The translations under genes and the position numbers were made by a program. Of a stretch of DNA of 54,414 bases, positions 51,563 through 54,414 are shown piece after piece. The DNA is taken from the NCBI GenBank assembly GCA_036166355.1, contig JAYZHR010000052.1:1-54414 (forward strand), given 5' to 3'. The notes below the pieces were generated by a model. The model searched no databases, was not told where the DNA came from, and saw nothing but the letters and a program-made list of their open reading frames with translations. The stretch's first letter is position 1. Each line of letters starts with the position of its first letter. The DNA is from Verrucomicrobiota bacterium. GTDB taxonomy: Bacteria > Verrucomicrobiota > Verrucomicrobiia > Limisphaerales > UBA1096.

Positions 51563-54414
51563 GTGCCTTTTAAAAGGTTGATAATTAGTGGGTTATTCAC
51601 GTTAGCAGCATCAGCCAGCGGAGAAAGTTTGGTAAACTACTACTCCGACTGGAAATATTTCGAAGGAAGAACAGAGCCATCCATCCCCACAACAGCTTGG
51701 AGAGAACTAAATTTCGATGATTCTGGATGGAAAAAAGGCCCTTCTGGATTCAGTGTAGGTTTTGGTGGCTACAATGCTCCAACAGTACTACAAGAAATGG
51801 CAGGAAGATACTCTTCAGTGTTTCTTCGTAAAAAATTCAATATAGAAGATTCTAATTGGATAAAATCACTTATTCTTCGAGTAGACTATGATGATGGCTT
51901 TGTAGCCTATTTAAATGGAATCGAGATTGCTAGACGAGGACTTGAAGGGAAGCTAAACCAACCCGTCCCTTTCGATTCACTCGCAACAGTTCACCCAAGA
52001 GGCAACCCAGAACTAATAGATCTTACACAGTTCAGGGCTCTCTTGAAACCAGGGGAAAACCTACTTGCCGTTCAAGCACACAATCATCAATTAAATGACA
52101 ACTGGTTCGCGTACTATGCAGAGCTCTTAGCCAATATTGTACGAGGCCCTTTTATTCAGGCAACCACAACAACAAGTACCAAGATTGCATGGAATACTCA
52201 TGCAAAAAGCACATCAATTGTAGAATACGGCTTAACATCCAACCTAGGTTTACAGCTAGAAAACAAGATATCAAAAACCAAACATGTCTTACAAATTCAA
52301 GACCTTAAACCAAATCAAACTTATTACTATCGAGTTGGCGGGAAGATCGCTAACCAAACCATGTTCTCAAAAATAACCACATTTAAAACCACAAAAGCTA
52401 ACGGCCCAGTCAAACTTATGTTGCTTGGAGATACCGGCAGAGGAAACCTGATTCAAAATCAAATTGCCTCACTTTTAAGGAAAGAGAACCCTGAAGCAGT
52501 AATGATAGCTGGCGATTTAGTTTATCCGGACTTTCGCCCGGGTTACGAAGATTTTCGCCACTTCAGCGTATATAAGGAGCAGATGAAATCTGTACCTTTC
52601 TTCTTCACAATCGGAAATCACGATTTATATCAAGGTGACACTCATTATATTAATGCTTTTTATTTACCTACCAACAATTTGCCCGATCTCGGACTTAAAA
52701 ACCCAGAAGTGCCATACCGCTTTTCAGGTACAGAACATTTTTACTCATTCGATGTAGGCGACGCTCACGTCTCGGTTCTATATAACCCTTGGTATGCGCA
52801 TCATAACTTTTCAAAGGATACCAACCAACTACACTGGCTAACCAACGATCTCGCTAAAACATCAAAGCCTTGGAAACTCTTACTAATGCATTTTCCTGTC
52901 GCATCATCCAGCGGACACGGCTGGAGCAGTTATGATGGCAATGCCCAACCAGATACATTTGATTTTGCAAATACCATATACCCTATAGTTGCAAAATATA
53001 AGGTTGATCTCATGATGGCGGGACACTCACATGCTTTTGAAAAATTCAACCCAGTCGCAGGGTGTGTACCAGTAGTAAGTGGTGCCGGAGGCGCAAGTCC
53101 ATACTCATTTTACCGTTTTTTTCCCGGCGCACTTCAATATTGGCCAAAAAACAATGCAGCACGAATTTCCATTAAAGACGAACAACTCAAACTAGAAGCA
53201 CTTGATACTAACGGTCAGGTTTTTGACTGGTTCGTAATTAATCGTAAAATGCCAAAACAAGAAAATTGGGATTCAACTTGGCACACCCCAACTATTGAAA
53301 CAAAACCACCCGATGACAACCAAGGAAATATATTTGGCCAAGAATTTGATTTTATAGGAAGGCCAATTCCCTGTGTTATTGGGGATAGTGCAAACCTAGG
53401 ACAAGTACGTGTTAATAATGACTCAACACATTTATATATTGGCTTCGAGCAAACAATGATCCGTCCTTATCAAAATATTTTTCTATTCATTGACCCCTTG
53501 AAACAATCTGGCCACAACTCACTTAAAGACCTAGGGGACGGAAGACTTCAATTCGATTCTAATAATGAAGGAGCCGATGGACTCGATTTCCTTCAGAATC
53601 TTATTTTCAAAAATTTCAAACCAAGCGTAGCTGCCATATTAGGCGATGAAAAGTCGGACACCCAATCTCGAAACTTCGCGCGACCCGGGCTTAATATTCG
53701 AATTTCAGAAGGAAACCCTCCAGACAATAAACTTCGTATTGCCCCCTTTCCTCTTGGCCAAGGCATATTCCGACTAGACCAAAAATTCAGCGATCTACCT
53801 GGAACACGCTTCCAACAATTCAATCGTTCACCTCAGAAATTCAGCCAACCAGAAGAGACTGATGCTAACTTCATAGAACTAGCTATTCCTTTCTCTTCTT
53901 TGGGAGGTATTCAACCCGGAGATGAGATAAAACTTGGAGCAGTAGTCGGTTCAGGAGGCATTAATACCCAACCTGAACTTCAATACCGCCAACTCGACAC
54001 TACATATCTCGCCAAAAGCCTCACAACAAAACAAAACGGAATTTATCAACTTGAAGGGCTAAGCATAAAACTTGCCGACAACCCTGACCCAGACAACGAT
54101 CAGTTATCTACAGATCGCGAGAAAGAGCTAGGAACCGACCCAAACAAACCTGACACAGACGGCGACAACCTACCGGACGGCTGGGAGCTGGCTCGAGGAT
54201 TAAATCCACTTGTACATGATGGAGATAAATCAATGAAATACGATCCAGATGGTGATGGAATGAACAATCAAGAAGAGATGTTGGCAGGCACTGACCCGCT
54301 AAACGCCGACTCAAATCTAAAATTAGAAGCTAAATCTATTACTGAAGGCGTCCGTTTAAGTTGGGTAGCACAATCTAATATTAGATATCAGATCACAACG
54401 TCCGACCAAGTAAA
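51563..54414 (+). CDS. 3'-truncated large secreted purple acid phosphatase: galactose-binding-like domain + FN3 + metallophosphoesterase + beta domain + TSP3-like Ca-binding repeats
   Basis: Hand translation from GTG 51563: MPFKRLIISGLFTLAASASG (signal), WKY...FDDSGW...VDYDDGFVAYLNG...GENLLAVQAHN, RGPFIQ, DLKPNQTYYYRV, GDTG, AGDLVY, GNHD, MHFP, GHSH, DTDGDNLPDGWE. No stop before the window end, so it is absent from the ORF track. Confidence 0.9.
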   Translation, partial: MPFKRLIISGLFTLAASASGESLVNYYSDWKYFEGRTEPSIPTTAWRELNFDDSGWKKGPSGFSVGFGGYNAPTVLQEMAGRYSSVFLRKKFNIEDSNWIKSLILRVDYDDGFVAYLNGIEIARRGLEGKLNQPVPFDSLATVHPRGNPELIDLTQFRALLKPGENLLAVQAHNHQLNDNWFAYYAELLANIVRGPFIQATTTTSTKIAWNTHAKSTSIVEYGLTSNLGLQLENKISKTKHVLQIQDLKPNQTYYYRVGGKIANQTMFSKITTFKTTKANGPVKLMLLGDTGRGNLIQNQIASLLRKENPEAVMIAGDLVYPDFRPGYEDFRHFSVYKEQMKSVPFFFTIGNHDLYQGDTHYINAFYLPTNNLPDLGLKNPEVPYRFSGTEHFYSFDVGDAHVSVLYNPWYAHHNFSKDTNQLHWLTNDLAKTSKPWKLLLMHFPVASSSGHGWSSYDGNAQPDTFDFANTIYPIVAKYKVDLMMAGHSHAFEKFNPVAGCVPVVSGAGGASPYSFYRFFPGALQYWPKNNAARISIKDEQLKLEALDTNGQVFDWFVINRKMPKQENWDSTWHTPTIETKPPDDNQGNIFGQEFDFIGRPIPCVIGDSANLGQVRVNNDSTHLYIGFEQTMIRPYQNIFLFIDPLKQSGHNSLKDLGDGRLQFDSNNEGADGLDFLQNLIFKNFKPSVAAILGDEKSDTQSRNFARPGLNIRISEGNPPDNKLRIAPFPLGQGIFRLDQKFSDLPGTRFQQFNRSPQKFSQPEETDANFIELAIPFSSLGGIQPGDEIKLGAVVGSGGINTQPELQYRQLDTTYLAKSLTTKQNGIYQLEGLSIKLADNPDPDNDQLSTDREKELGTDPNKPDTDGDNLPDGWELARGLNPLVHDGDKSMKYDPDGDGMNNQEEMLAGTDPLNADSNLKLEAKSITEGVRLSWVAQSNIRYQITTSDQV
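54086..54312 (+). repeat. Protein-level bacterial TSP3-like acidic repeats
   Basis: DPDNDQLSTDREKELGTDP / DTDGDNLPDGWELARGLNP / DPDGDGMNNQEEMLAGTDP. Confidence 0.8.

Noticed and set aside
1-54414. Plus strand appears A/C-rich whatever the gene orientation
   Set aside because: This is consistent with ordinary replication strand skew, and dnaE, argH, pnp and rpsO lie on the G/T-rich strand. No skew switch suggesting an origin or terminus was seen. Judged by eye only.
1-54414. CRISPR array, rRNA/tRNA genes, IS elements, prophage or defence systems
   Set aside because: No repeat-spacer periodicity, RNA gene signatures, transposase/integrase or phage genes were found. Nearly all sequence is accounted for by CDSs.

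Overview
Gene-dense, mostly AT-rich bacterial chromosomal window. The gene content (DUF1559/H-X9-DG pilin-like proteins, DUF1501, Planctomycete-type cytochrome c domains, sulfatase, DWG-type Ser/Thr kinase) suggests a PVC bacterium, most likely a Verrucomicrobiota member (inference). It opens with the distal part of a type II secretion/pseudopilin operon (GspH-I-J-K, a PilM/PilN-like GspL, a GspM/PilO-like protein) that runs straight into an M20 hydrolase, a GT4 glycosyltransferase and a flippase. It then carries housekeeping genes (lpxD, a lone nuoA, phosphohexomutase, dnaE, argH, secA, pnp, rpsO) mixed with carbohydrate, sulfate and phosphate scavenging genes (four Gfo/Idh/MocA oxidoreductases, arylsulfatase, heparinase II/III-like protein, TIM-barrel isomerase, two purple-acid-phosphatase-like enzymes). 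Two real CDSs are absent from the ORF track because they cross the window edges (1-552 and 51563-54414). The most notable observations are: (1) an alanine/glycine:cation symporter with an apparently complete GspG-type pseudopilin head domain inserted in a loop; (2) two tandem three-way-junction RNA structures with related closing stems in the rpsO-pnp intergenic region; (3) a trypsin-like protease/DUF1080/SirB1 fusion inside a higher-GC block; (4) repeated leaderless promoter architecture. No rRNA, tRNA, CRISPR array or mobile element was seen. All family assignments come from motifs read by eye, not from database searches.
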